A stretch of DNA of 64,000 nucleotides, from NCBI GenBank assembly GCA_963713545.1, contig CAVQME010000011.1:24976-88975 (forward strand). The letters run 5' to 3'. The translations under genes were made by a program, and so were the position numbers. The notes below the pieces were generated by a model. That model saw only the letters and a list, made by a program, of their open reading frames with translations. It made no database searches and was not told the DNA's origin. Source of the DNA: an uncultured Actinomycetes bacterium (lineage in GTDB: Bacteria; Actinomycetota; Thermoleophilia; RBG-16-64-13). Shown here piece after piece: positions 9,486-18,244 of this stretch. The first letter of the stretch is position 1. Each line of letters starts with the position of its first letter.

Positions 9486-10007
9486 CTACTCTACCACCAG
9501 TTCCAGGATCTCACGGCCGAACACCCCGGTGGTGTTGTCGGTGAACGCCGCCCTCCGCGGCTCCACCCGGTAGACGCCTATGGTCTGCGCCAACTCTGCC
9601 AGCCGAGGCTCCTTCAGCAGTTCCCGCACAAACGGAAAACGCCTCACGTACAGCGCCATCGCTCCCACCCTGGCAGCCCCGGTGACCAGCCGGGCCTCGC
9701 CCCATAGTTGCACACCCTGGATCTTCTCCCAGTCCTGGTAGTCCTCGCTGACGGTAATGGCGACGGGTGCCGCCTTCCCGATATGCTCTCCGTGCAGGCT
9801 CGTGGGCTTGCTGAGGAACACCAGACGGAATGCGTCGTCCATGGCATAGAAGACGCTGGCGGCATGAGCGGCGTTCCCCGTGGACGCGCCGGCCGGCCCC
9901 GGGATCCCGGGTCCGACGGTGGCTATGCTCATGGTGTGGTGGGCCCTCAGATAGCGCTCCACCCGCCCGCGTAGATCGTCCTTCGCGACGGCCCCGTCCT
10001 CCTGCAC
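9486..10007 (-). CDS. pyridoxamine 5'-phosphate oxidase-like FMN-binding split-barrel protein
   Basis: The size and the RVERYLRAHHTMSIATVG...FVRELL pattern are typical of the PNPOx-like / general stress protein 26 family. It lies 3 nt downstream of ubiX on the same strand. Confidence 0.55.
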   Translation of the reverse strand: MQEDGAVAKDDLRGRVERYLRAHHTMSIATVGPGIPGPAGASTGNAAHAASVFYAMDDAFRLVFLSKPTSLHGEHIGKAAPVAITVSEDYQDWEKIQGVQLWGEARLVTGAARVGAMALYVRRFPFVRELLKEPRLAELAQTIGVYRVEPRRAAFTDNTTGVFGREILELVVE

Positions 10008-10010
10008 CGA

Positions 10011-10679
10011 TCAACCTCGAGATGGAGCTTGCCCGCCTTGTCCTGGAAGCGTCGCTCCCGGCGGTCCATAGGACCTGCGGCCATCCGGCCAGCGCCTGAA
10101 CAGGTGGCGATCGAGCCCGAACTGATCGAGCATCTTGCCCACGGTCTGATCGACGATATCTTCGATGGTCGAAGGCTGATTGTAGAAGCTCGGCGCCGGA
10201 GGCAGGACCACCGCCCCGTTCTCGGTCACCTCGGCCATCAGGCGCAAGTGGCCCAGATGAAGCGGGGTCTCCCGCACCATCAGCACCAGCTTGCGGCGCT
10301 CTTTCAACACGACGTCGGCGGCCCGGACGAGCAGGGTGTCGTCGTAGCTATGGGCGATCGCCGACAGGCTCTTGATGGAACAAGGAGCCACGATCATGCC
10401 TGCCGTGATGAACGAGCCCGACGAGATCGGGGCGTCGATCTCCTCGTTGCCGTAGACTACGTCCGCCAGCGCCTCCACCTGTGCTGCTGTGTAGCTGGTC
10501 TCGGACTCGGCCACTCGTTTGGCGGCCTCGGTCATCACCAGATGGGTCTCCATGGTTGTATCCCGCAGCACTTCGAGCAGCCGGATCCCGTAGATCGTCC
10601 CCGAGGCCCCGGAGATGCCCACGACCAGGCGCCGCGTTTCGCCGCCATGCTCGCCGTTGTTCACGCTGCCACTCACCAT
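10011..10679 (-). CDS. ubiX: flavin prenyltransferase UbiX (prFMN synthase)
   Basis: Near-colinear match to UbiX/Pad1 motifs: VVGISGASGTIYGIRLLEVLRD, ETHLVMTEAA, SSGSF, CSIKSLSAIAHSY, RAADVVLKERRKLVLMVRETPLHLGHLRLM. The start codon overlaps the moaD stop (TGATG). Confidence 0.85.
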   Translation of the reverse strand: MVSGSVNNGEHGGETRRLVVGISGASGTIYGIRLLEVLRDTTMETHLVMTEAAKRVAESETSYTAAQVEALADVVYGNEEIDAPISSGSFITAGMIVAPCSIKSLSAIAHSYDDTLLVRAADVVLKERRKLVLMVRETPLHLGHLRLMAEVTENGAVVLPPAPSFYNQPSTIEDIVDQTVGKMLDQFGLDRHLFRRWPDGRRSYGPPGATLPGQGGQAPSRG

Positions 10680-10948
10680 CAGCCTCCCGCGATAGGGGGA
10701 AGGAGTCGGATCTCATCACCGTCGCTCAACGGTATCGTCAGCCCGCCGGCCTGGCGGGCGTTGCGCCCGTTGACGAAGACGCCCACCCATACTGTGCCGT
10801 CGTCGCGGAAGATGCGGCTCTTCAAGCGGGGTTGGCGGGCAACACAATCGGCCAGAGCTTCGGCCACGGTCGACCCCTCGCAGTCCATCCGCGTTGGGCC
10901 TTCCGGGCCGACGACGCCCACCGGCAGCTTGATGACCGCCTTAGCCAC
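10679..10948 (-). CDS. MoaD/ThiS-family ubiquitin-like sulfur carrier protein (C-terminal GG)
   Basis: The protein is 89 aa and ends ...DGDEIRLLPPIAGG, with the C-terminal glycine pair typical of MoaD. It lies between the AOR-associated ferredoxin gene and ubiX. Confidence 0.7.
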   Translation of the reverse strand: MAKAVIKLPVGVVGPEGPTRMDCEGSTVAEALADCVARQPRLKSRIFRDDGTVWVGVFVNGRNARQAGGLTIPLSDGDEIRLLPPIAGG

Positions 10949-10957
10949 GGTCGTTTC

Positions 10958-11434
10958 TCACGCCGGAGCCGGCGCCTTCTCGATTTTGCTCATCCGCACG
11001 TCGACAGCCAGCACGTGCGGGTTCTGACAGAACGCCACGCACTGTGGCGTCCCATCGCATAGGTCGCATTTGTATGCGACAGCTCGATCCGGGTGCTCAC
11101 GGATGACGTCATAAGGACAGGCGTCGTAGCACAGGCCGCAATTCGTGCACTTATCCTCGTTGACCTTGAGCACATAGCCGGAAGCCGGGTCGAGCCCGAC
11201 CGCGTGTACGTCGACGGGATGCTGTTCAATAGCGTCTTCGGGACACGCATCGGCGCATTTCGCGCAGGCGGTCTGCAGACACGTGTGTCCCTTGACGGCG
11301 GTGGTGGTGGGGTTCACCTCTACGAACAGCCGAGAGACCGAGGGCCGGTAGGCGCCTTCGTGCCAGGCCGAGCACGCCAGTTCGCACATGTGGCAGCCGG
11401 TGCATTTCTTGCTACTGATCATCACGTGTGGCAT
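10958..11434 (-). CDS. polyferredoxin-type 4Fe-4S cluster protein (AOR electron-transfer subunit, AorA-like)
   Basis: Four CxxCxxC(x)nCP motifs are present: CTGCHMCELAC, CAKCADACP, CTNCGLCYDACP, CDLCDGTPQCVAFC. The gene is immediately downstream of aor. Confidence 0.75.
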   Translation of the reverse strand: MPHVMISSKKCTGCHMCELACSAWHEGAYRPSVSRLFVEVNPTTTAVKGHTCLQTACAKCADACPEDAIEQHPVDVHAVGLDPASGYVLKVNEDKCTNCGLCYDACPYDVIREHPDRAVAYKCDLCDGTPQCVAFCQNPHVLAVDVRMSKIEKAPAPA

Positions 11435-11468
11435 CGATGTCCCTTTCTACCGCGTCTGCGCTCGCCGT

Positions 11469-13271
11469 CTACAGGCGGACGTCCACTCCCACCTCGGCCA
11501 ACTTGGCCTCGAGGGGCACGCCGTTCTCGTCCCAGCCACGTATCTCATAGTATTCCTGGAGAGCGTCGGCGAAAGCCTGCTCGCCGACGGCCTTACCGGC
11601 CGACGGCCCTTCCGCGAACGCGAACTCCGGCGCGTAGAGCTTCCGGGGAAGGGTGTCGGCCTCCACCCCCTCGCGCAGATTGAAAAGCCGGCCCAGGTTC
11701 CAGATCCGCTCGCCGGTGAGCATGATCTCGTCCTCGGTGAAATCCCGCTTCCACACGTGCTTGAACATCTGGCAGAGTTGATCGGGGTTGACCGCCCAGA
11801 AGTCGCACCAGATACCGCTGAACTTGATGGAGCTGAAGTTCTGCCCGATGAACCCGTTGTCGACGTTCCCCTTGATGATCTGCTCGGCCTTGCCCTCGAG
11901 GCTGTCCGGGGGACGGGTGCCCTCGACCACCTCGTCGGCGATGGGGTACGACCGCATGTGACAGCCGCCGCGATCGGAGGTGGCGTAGTTGACGCTCATG
12001 CCGAAGGCTCCCCGCGGGTCATAGCCTGGGAGCTCCAGATTCTTGACCTCCATGGCCATCTCGGGCACACCATATTTCGCGGCCAGCGCCCGCGCACCAA
12101 GAGCAAGGTCGGCACCGGTGCCTTCCCGTTTCGAGATGAGGGCGGGTGCCGCCAGGTAGCCCTCCGCCTCTCCAAAACGCAGACCGAAATCGGCTATGCC
12201 CTGCTCGGTCATATCCATGGCCAAGCCCACCACGGAGCCCGACGAGATCGTGTCGAGACCCCACTCGTCGCATTCGTGATTGAAGCGCATCAGCGCCTCG
12301 AGATCACCAACCCCGCAGTTCGGTCCGCAGAGGGCGATGGTCTCGTATTCCGGCCCCTCGCCCTTCACTCCTCCGGCTTCGTGCACCTGGCGGCAGCCGA
12401 GGGCGCACTGATAGCAGGCGCGATTGGCCACTTTGACCTTCAGCAGCGCTTCCGAGTTGATGGCCTCGACCCCTTCGAAGGTCCCCTGTGACCAGTTACG
12501 GGTGGGAAGCACTCCGGCGCCGTTCATCGGATCCACCAGGATAGGGGTCCCTTCCTCGTTGGCCCATAGGTTGAAGTCGGTGAGGACGTGCTCCGTGTGG
12601 ATGCGGGCGATATCGGCCAGGAACGCCCGGGCGTCGCCCACTTCCACCGAACCGGTACCGCGGATGGCGACGGCCTTGAGGTTCTTCGCGCCGAACAAAG
12701 CGCCGTGCCCACCCCTGCCGGCCTTGTGATACTGGTCGGTGCTCAGGCAGGCCCAGGGGATGAGGTTCTCTCCCGCCGGCCCGATGGAGAGCACCTTGGC
12801 ATCTTTGTCGAGATCGGCGCGTAGGGCCGCCTCGATGGCCGAAGTGTTGAGGCCCCAGTACTTACCCTCGGCGGGGATCAGTTCGACCTTGTCGTCCTTG
12901 ATCCACAGCACCACCGGCTCGGGTGCCTTGCCTGTGATGATGATCAGGTCGTAGCCGGCGAACTTCATCTCCGGGGCGAACGAGCCCCCTACGTAGCTGT
13001 CGTCCAGGATGCCGGTGATGGGGCTCTTCGCCCCCACCACCAGACGCGAGGCCGTGCTCACGTTGGTCCCCGCGAACGGTCCCGTAACCAAGAACACCGG
13101 GTTCTCCGGCGACCAGGGATCGACCTTGGGCGGTACGTATTCCCACATATAGCGGAGCAGCAGGCCTTTGCCCCCGATGTAGCGCTCGGCCCACTCCATG
13201 TTGAGGGGCTCGACCGCGCTCGTCCCGGTGCTGAGATCGACTCGCAGCACCCTTCCTCGATAAAAGTCCAA
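11469..13271 (-). CDS. aor: tungsten-containing aldehyde:ferredoxin oxidoreductase (AOR family)
   Basis: The 600-aa protein starts MDFYRGRVLRVDLSTG, with a GKGLLLRY motif, as in AOR N-domains. It has the conserved AOR pterin/4Fe-4S binding regions and the typical length. Confidence 0.9.
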   Translation of the reverse strand: MDFYRGRVLRVDLSTGTSAVEPLNMEWAERYIGGKGLLLRYMWEYVPPKVDPWSPENPVFLVTGPFAGTNVSTASRLVVGAKSPITGILDDSYVGGSFAPEMKFAGYDLIIITGKAPEPVVLWIKDDKVELIPAEGKYWGLNTSAIEAALRADLDKDAKVLSIGPAGENLIPWACLSTDQYHKAGRGGHGALFGAKNLKAVAIRGTGSVEVGDARAFLADIARIHTEHVLTDFNLWANEEGTPILVDPMNGAGVLPTRNWSQGTFEGVEAINSEALLKVKVANRACYQCALGCRQVHEAGGVKGEGPEYETIALCGPNCGVGDLEALMRFNHECDEWGLDTISSGSVVGLAMDMTEQGIADFGLRFGEAEGYLAAPALISKREGTGADLALGARALAAKYGVPEMAMEVKNLELPGYDPRGAFGMSVNYATSDRGGCHMRSYPIADEVVEGTRPPDSLEGKAEQIIKGNVDNGFIGQNFSSIKFSGIWCDFWAVNPDQLCQMFKHVWKRDFTEDEIMLTGERIWNLGRLFNLREGVEADTLPRKLYAPEFAFAEGPSAGKAVGEQAFADALQEYYEIRGWDENGVPLEAKLAEVGVDVRL

Positions 13272-13419
13272 AGCGACCCCCCCTTGATCGTGGGATAGGC
13301 TCAGCGCGGCTATCGTGTGGGGTCTGCCCCTGCACGCATCACCATTGTAGACAAGGGCCGCAGGCCCGACAACAGAAGGCGGAGACGGTGCAGGTCCCAG
13401 ACGCCCTGCGGAGCGCAGA

Positions 13420-15750
13420 TCAACTCCCGGCCGTGTCGAGGGTCCGCAGCGTCTGACCCACGCGGCCCGCGACGACGGACAGCCCGGTGTTGTTCAGGTG
13501 AACCCGGTCGGGACTGAAGAATCTGGTGTCGACCTCGCAGCCCGGCAGCCCGATGAGCCGGTCGGAGCCCACATCCACGAGCGCGTCGGCGAAACCCGGC
13601 CAGGTGGCCCGTATGCGCCTATTGAGCGTCTGCCTATACGCTTCCAGATTCGGAGGGTACACTCCGTCCGTGCGGGGGAGCATAGTCAGTACCACCACCG
13701 TGTAGCCGGCCGCTCGCCGCTCCAGACAGTACTGCCGCAGACGAGAATAGACCGTCTCAGGAGTGTGAGCCCAGTGCCGCATGTCGTTGGTGCCGCCCCA
13801 TATCACCACCACGTTCTGACCCAGGTCGGGACGAAAGAGAGGATCCACCTTGGCCGGAGCGTTGGCGAGCATCTCCTGCAGTCGCTGACCGCCGATGCCG
13901 AGATTCACCCACTTCACACCGGGATGGAACACCCGCATCAACTGGCTGGGGTAGGGATCGGTGGCTGTGGAGCCGGCGGTCAGCGAATCCCCGTCGAACA
14001 CGATAGTGCCGATAGGCTCGAAGACCGGCGCGTGCGGCACGGCGCCGGAGTTCGAGCCGGCGACGGACCCTGAGGGTCCGGTCAGAGCGTCCGAATCGTA
14101 CAGAGGGCCGCGGAGACGCAGGAGGTTGGCCAGCATCTGCGCGATCTCGCCCCGCGTCGCCGGGGCCGAGAGATCCCATTCGACCAAGTCTATCCCGGCA
14201 AGCAGGCCATTGTACTCGGCCGTGTGCACGTTGGACCCGTGATCCGGATCCGAGAACCAGCCGGTGTCGCCGCTCCAGCCGGCGGGAGGCGAGCCGAGAG
14301 CCCACGGCAGGTAGACTCCGGCGGCGCGGACCACCAGAGTGACGGCCTGCATGCGGCTGATGAGGGCCCAGGGCCTGAACACCCCCTCCCGATAGCCCCG
14401 GATGAGCCCGTAGTGATAGCCCGCCGACACATACTCTCGAGGATAGAGGGGAGACACGTTCTCCCCCAGGTCGTAGAACGGAGCCGCCATCATGCCTGAG
14501 TAGACCGGCATGCCCAGGGTCCCGTCAAGCATCTTGGCCATCTGCGCCCGCCGAACCGGCTCTCCAGGGCCGAAGGTGCCGTCGGCGAAGCCGCCGATGA
14601 CCTGTTTCGTCCACAGGCAGGCGATCGCTTCATAGTACTGATCGCCGCGCGCGATATCCGAGAACGGCGACTGAACGGGCAGGGAGGCGTTCCACCCGAA
14701 CGAAGAGGCGAGCAGGGTCAACTCGACTCCGGCCCCGCCTGCGGGATCGACGGCGCGAAAGACATCGCTGCGGCCACCACCCATCGGCACCAACTCGACG
14801 TACGGCACGTCGTCGCCGGGCCATCCGGAGCGCCAGCGATAGTCGAAGGCCTCGTTCTTGCTCACGTCCACGAGGTTCACGATCGCGCGGTCGGTCATCT
14901 TCGTGAGGTGGACCTCGCCACTGCTGTCATCCACCGTCGCGAACATGAAGCTTCGACCACCGGGGCCAGCCTGCGGGGCCCACGCGTTCGGGACGGGTAC
15001 GAGAGTTTCCTTGCCGGTGTCAAGAGCCAAAAGGTAGAAGCCTCGATTCGTCGGGAACGCCTCCAGGCTCCTGTCGAACACGATCGCCAGGCCGCCGGCC
15101 GCGCCGGCCTCCGCCTCAGACTCGGATGCCGCGCCCGTCTGGCCCGGGACCCAGGACCCGTTCTCTGCCCCCTTGATCGTCAGGACCGGCTCGCCGGCGG
15201 AATCGACGACCTGGATGGAGGCCACGCCGCCCGCCGACGTCTCATAGAGCACGTAGCGTCCGTCGGGCGACACGGCCGGCGACGACGCGCCCTCTATCAT
15301 CCAGTTGACCGGCTCGCCGCCGGCTCGGGCGGGCGGCCCCACGAAGACGACCGTGGTACGTTGCTCGCCCCCGACCATCACCCTCTCTTCCCAGGCCAAG
15401 GCAGCACCATCGGCGGACCAACTCGGGCGTCCCAGGGCTTTGCCTTCGGCGGGGACCACCATCGAGACTCCCGCTGATTCCTCGTAGCGCCAGATGTCGC
15501 CGAGATGAACGAAGTAGAGCAAAGGAGCCGGTACCGCGGCGTCGAGCGGCACCTCGACCGCCGCGGGCGCGGCTTCAGCGGATGCGGGCGGGACCAGAGC
15601 CGCCGGTGGCGCCACGGCAAAAAGCAGCAGCGCCGCCAAGAGAGCGAGAAACACAGCAAGACACTTCGGGATCGCGGGGCGCGACCAAGAAGGGCGCCCG
15701 CCCACCTTAGCAGCGCCTCTCTTTTCGACCCGCTCGCTTAGTCCCGCCAA
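13420..15750 (-). CDS. secreted multidomain protein: TolB/PD40-like beta-propeller + S-layer-homology (SLH) repeats + C-terminal SGNH/GDSL hydrolase
   Basis: The N-terminus has a hydrophobic signal/TM. PD40-like repeats follow (SPDGRYVLYETSAGG...), then SLH-like segments (FSDIARGDQYYEAIACLWTKQVIGGFADGTFGPGEPVRRAQMAKML ... GLIRGYREGVFRPWALISRMQAVTL). The C-terminal SGNH domain has block I (IVFDGDSLTAG) and block III (VVIWGGTNDM). Confidence 0.65.
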   Translation of the reverse strand: MAGLSERVEKRGAAKVGGRPSWSRPAIPKCLAVFLALLAALLLFAVAPPAALVPPASAEAAPAAVEVPLDAAVPAPLLYFVHLGDIWRYEESAGVSMVVPAEGKALGRPSWSADGAALAWEERVMVGGEQRTTVVFVGPPARAGGEPVNWMIEGASSPAVSPDGRYVLYETSAGGVASIQVVDSAGEPVLTIKGAENGSWVPGQTGAASESEAEAGAAGGLAIVFDRSLEAFPTNRGFYLLALDTGKETLVPVPNAWAPQAGPGGRSFMFATVDDSSGEVHLTKMTDRAIVNLVDVSKNEAFDYRWRSGWPGDDVPYVELVPMGGGRSDVFRAVDPAGGAGVELTLLASSFGWNASLPVQSPFSDIARGDQYYEAIACLWTKQVIGGFADGTFGPGEPVRRAQMAKMLDGTLGMPVYSGMMAAPFYDLGENVSPLYPREYVSAGYHYGLIRGYREGVFRPWALISRMQAVTLVVRAAGVYLPWALGSPPAGWSGDTGWFSDPDHGSNVHTAEYNGLLAGIDLVEWDLSAPATRGEIAQMLANLLRLRGPLYDSDALTGPSGSVAGSNSGAVPHAPVFEPIGTIVFDGDSLTAGSTATDPYPSQLMRVFHPGVKWVNLGIGGQRLQEMLANAPAKVDPLFRPDLGQNVVVIWGGTNDMRHWAHTPETVYSRLRQYCLERRAAGYTVVVLTMLPRTDGVYPPNLEAYRQTLNRRIRATWPGFADALVDVGSDRLIGLPGCEVDTRFFSPDRVHLNNTGLSVVAGRVGQTLRTLDTAGS

Positions 15751-15854
15751 GATGCCAGCTCCCGTGTCCCCATATGCTCGAAGTCACTTCGTCACCGCGC
15801 CGGACCTGACGATATCGTATGATGGCAAAAAAGACCTGAGAGGTTTCCGGAATC

Positions 15855-16547
15855 ATGGCTACACCGAAGCGGCCAGGGCCCAAAGGTTCGGCGGATCGTG
15901 GCGCGGCCCAGGCCCGAGAGATCATTGCCCGCTTGAGGGAAGAGTATCCCGAAGCCGGCATCGTGCTTGACTACGGCAGCGACTGGGAGTTGCTCGTGGC
16001 CGTTATCCTCTCGGCCCAGTGCACCGACAAAATGGTTAACCAGGTCACGGGCAAGCTGTTCCAGAAGTACCGCACGGTCGAGGATTACGCTTCCGCGGAC
16101 CCGGCTGAATTGGAGACCGACATCCGGCCCACCGGCTTCTTCCGCAATAAGACGAAGCACATCATCGGAGCCGCCCTGAAGATCCTGGCCGACTTCCGGG
16201 GAGAGGTACCGTCCAGCATGGCCGAGCTCCTCACTCTGCCCGGGGTTGCCCGCAAGACGGCCAATATAGTGCTCGGCAACGCCTACCCCGAGGCCTACTC
16301 CACCGACCCCGACGCGGGCATCGCAGTGGACACGCACGTGAACCGGCTCAGCCAAAGGCTCGGCCTGGCGAAGGCCGCCGACTCCGACAAGATCGAGAGA
16401 GAGCTGATGGAGATCGTCCCCCGGGCCGACTGGTTCCAGCTGACCTATCTTCTGATCGAGCACGGTCGCGCCGTCTGCATGGCCAAGCGCCCCCGCTGCG
16501 GGGAATGCCCGCTCCAGGATATCTGCCCCTCCGCCTTCAAGGTCTGA
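15855..16547 (+). CDS. nth: endonuclease III (DNA glycosylase/AP lyase Nth)
   Basis: HhH-GPD motifs are present (LLTLPGVARKTANIVL). The C-terminal 4Fe-4S loop CMAKRPRCGECPLQDIC is also present. Confidence 0.9.
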   Translation: MATPKRPGPKGSADRGAAQAREIIARLREEYPEAGIVLDYGSDWELLVAVILSAQCTDKMVNQVTGKLFQKYRTVEDYASADPAELETDIRPTGFFRNKTKHIIGAALKILADFRGEVPSSMAELLTLPGVARKTANIVLGNAYPEAYSTDPDAGIAVDTHVNRLSQRLGLAKAADSDKIERELMEIVPRADWFQLTYLLIEHGRAVCMAKRPRCGECPLQDICPSAFKV

Positions 16548-16577
16548 GGCCGCCGCTCGGTCGATGCCGCCGGCCGG

Positions 16578-16606
16578 TTGACGCTTCCGGCCCTCGCCTA
16601 TACCAT
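16578..16606 (+). promoter_or_regulatory. sigma70-like promoter candidate upstream of paaK (TTGACG -17- TACCAT)
   Basis: TTGACG lies at 16578-16583. TACCAT lies at 16601-16606 and fits the TAnnnT pattern. The element is about 80 nt upstream of the paaK ATG. Confidence 0.35.
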
Positions 16607-16688
16607 CGCACAGTCAATCTGCGGCCTCCGCGCCGGCCCTCGGGCCGGAAGGCAGGCGGACAAGCCGCGCTAAGCAAGGGGAGCACGC

Positions 16689-18047
16689 ATGATCAGAGAC
16701 CGTAAGCACGAGTGCATGAGCCGGGACGAGCTCAGGCAGTTGCAAGGAGAGCGCCTGGTCGCCCAGGTCAAACGGGTCTGCGAGCGGGTCCCCTTTTACA
16801 GGAACGTCTTCGACCACACCGGGATCACTCCCGACCGGGTCCGCGGAGTCGATGACCTTCCCCGTCTGCCCTTCACCAAGAAGCTCGATCTGCGCGACAA
16901 CTATCCCTTTGGTCTCTTCGCGGTGCCGAACAAGGAAGTGGTCCGCATCCATGCATCTTCCGGCACCACCGGGAAACCGACCACCTGTGGCTACTCCCGG
17001 GGCGACATCGACATGTGGGCCGAGGTCATGGCCCGCTCCCTGGTGGGGGCGAGCGCCACAGATGAGGATGTGGTACAGGTCGCCTACGGTTACGGCCTCT
17101 TCACCGGAGGCCTGGGGGCACACTACGGGGCTGAGCTGCTCGGCGCCTCCGTCATCCCCATCTCGGGCAGCAACACCCAACGCCAGCTCATGCTCATGCA
17201 GGACTACGGCACCACCATGATCTGCTGCACGCCCAGCTTCGTCCTCTATCTCTGGGACGTGGCCCAGCAACTCGGTCTGGACGTGGCCAAGTTCCCGCTG
17301 CGGGTAGGGGTGTTGGGTGCCGAGCCGTGGTCGGAGGCCATGCGGAGCGACATCGAGCAGAAGTGGAACATCAAGGCCTGCGACATCTATGGACTGTCCG
17401 AGATCATCGGGCCCGGCGTGTCGTGCGAGTGCATCGAGGCCCAATCCGGCCTCCACATCAGCGACGATCACTTCCTGCCCGAGGTCATCGACCCCGAGAC
17501 GGGCGAAGTGCTGCCGGAAGGAGAGCTGGGAGAGTTGGTCATCACCACTCTGACCAAAGAGGCGATGCCCCTCATCCGCTACCGCACCGGGGATATCACC
17601 CGGCTGTCTTCGGAGCCCTGCATCTGCGGCCGGACGAGTACGCGTATGGCCCGCGTTTCGGGGCGCTCGGACGACATGCTCATCATCCGAGGAGTGAACG
17701 TCTTCCCCAGCCAGGTGGAATCGGTCCTCCTGATGTCGCCCCAGGTGGAACCTCACTACCAATTGATAGTGAACCGCAAGGGCGCGATGGACACCATGGA
17801 CGTATCGGTGGAGATCTCCCCCACCCTCTACAGGGAGCTCTCGGAAGCCATCCTCTCCATGGACGACGTCACCATCTTCACCGAGCACGACGTCCTCGTC
17901 GACCTGAAGCAACACATCCAGAAGAACATCAAGGACATTATCGGCATCAACGTGAACGTGGCGTTCAAAGAGCCGGGATCCATCGCGCGCAGCGAAGGGA
18001 AGGCCCAGCGGGTCGTCGATCTACGCAAGGACCAGGGCGGCAAGTAG
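16689..18047 (+). CDS. paaK: phenylacetate-CoA ligase family protein (PaaK-type adenylate-forming enzyme)
   Basis: The N-terminus has LSRDELRQLQGERL...VPFYRNVF and an FTKK motif. SSGTTGKPT is the AMP-binding motif, and the size and layout are PaaK-like. Confidence 0.85.
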   Translation: MIRDRKHECMSRDELRQLQGERLVAQVKRVCERVPFYRNVFDHTGITPDRVRGVDDLPRLPFTKKLDLRDNYPFGLFAVPNKEVVRIHASSGTTGKPTTCGYSRGDIDMWAEVMARSLVGASATDEDVVQVAYGYGLFTGGLGAHYGAELLGASVIPISGSNTQRQLMLMQDYGTTMICCTPSFVLYLWDVAQQLGLDVAKFPLRVGVLGAEPWSEAMRSDIEQKWNIKACDIYGLSEIIGPGVSCECIEAQSGLHISDDHFLPEVIDPETGEVLPEGELGELVITTLTKEAMPLIRYRTGDITRLSSEPCICGRTSTRMARVSGRSDDMLIIRGVNVFPSQVESVLLMSPQVEPHYQLIVNRKGAMDTMDVSVEISPTLYRELSEAILSMDDVTIFTEHDVLVDLKQHIQKNIKDIIGINVNVAFKEPGSIARSEGKAQRVVDLRKDQGGK

Positions 18048-18048
18048 G

Positions 18049-18066
18049 GGGGCGAAGGCCCGCCCC
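18049..18066 (+). terminator. GC hairpin immediately after paaK stop (ggggcg-aaggcc-cgcccc)
   Basis: A 6-bp perfect stem starts 2 nt after the TAG stop. There is no U-tract, as is common in high-GC genomes. A weak candidate. Confidence 0.3.
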
Positions 18067-18151
18067 GGCCAGTGTCGCAATAAGCGCCTTCCGACGGGCG
18101 ACCGCCAGAGCAGGTCGGACCTGCGCCGGGACCGGGGGACCCCCAAAACGC

Positions 18152-18177
18152 TTATGCTATGCTTGGGCATAGCAAAA
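18152..18177. promoter_or_regulatory. AT-rich imperfect palindrome TTATGCTATGC-ttgg-GCATAGCAAAA upstream of the CorC/CNNM gene
   Basis: An 11-bp inverted repeat with 10 of 11 positions matching, 4-bp spacer. It lies about 50 nt upstream of the TTG/ATG start region of the transporter gene, within an otherwise GC-rich leader. Confidence 0.3.
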
Positions 18178-18244
18178 TGGACACGCCCGCCGATCCCCCG
18201 AGTACCCGTCTCATCACGGCACCCTCTTGCCGGGTGACTGGACC

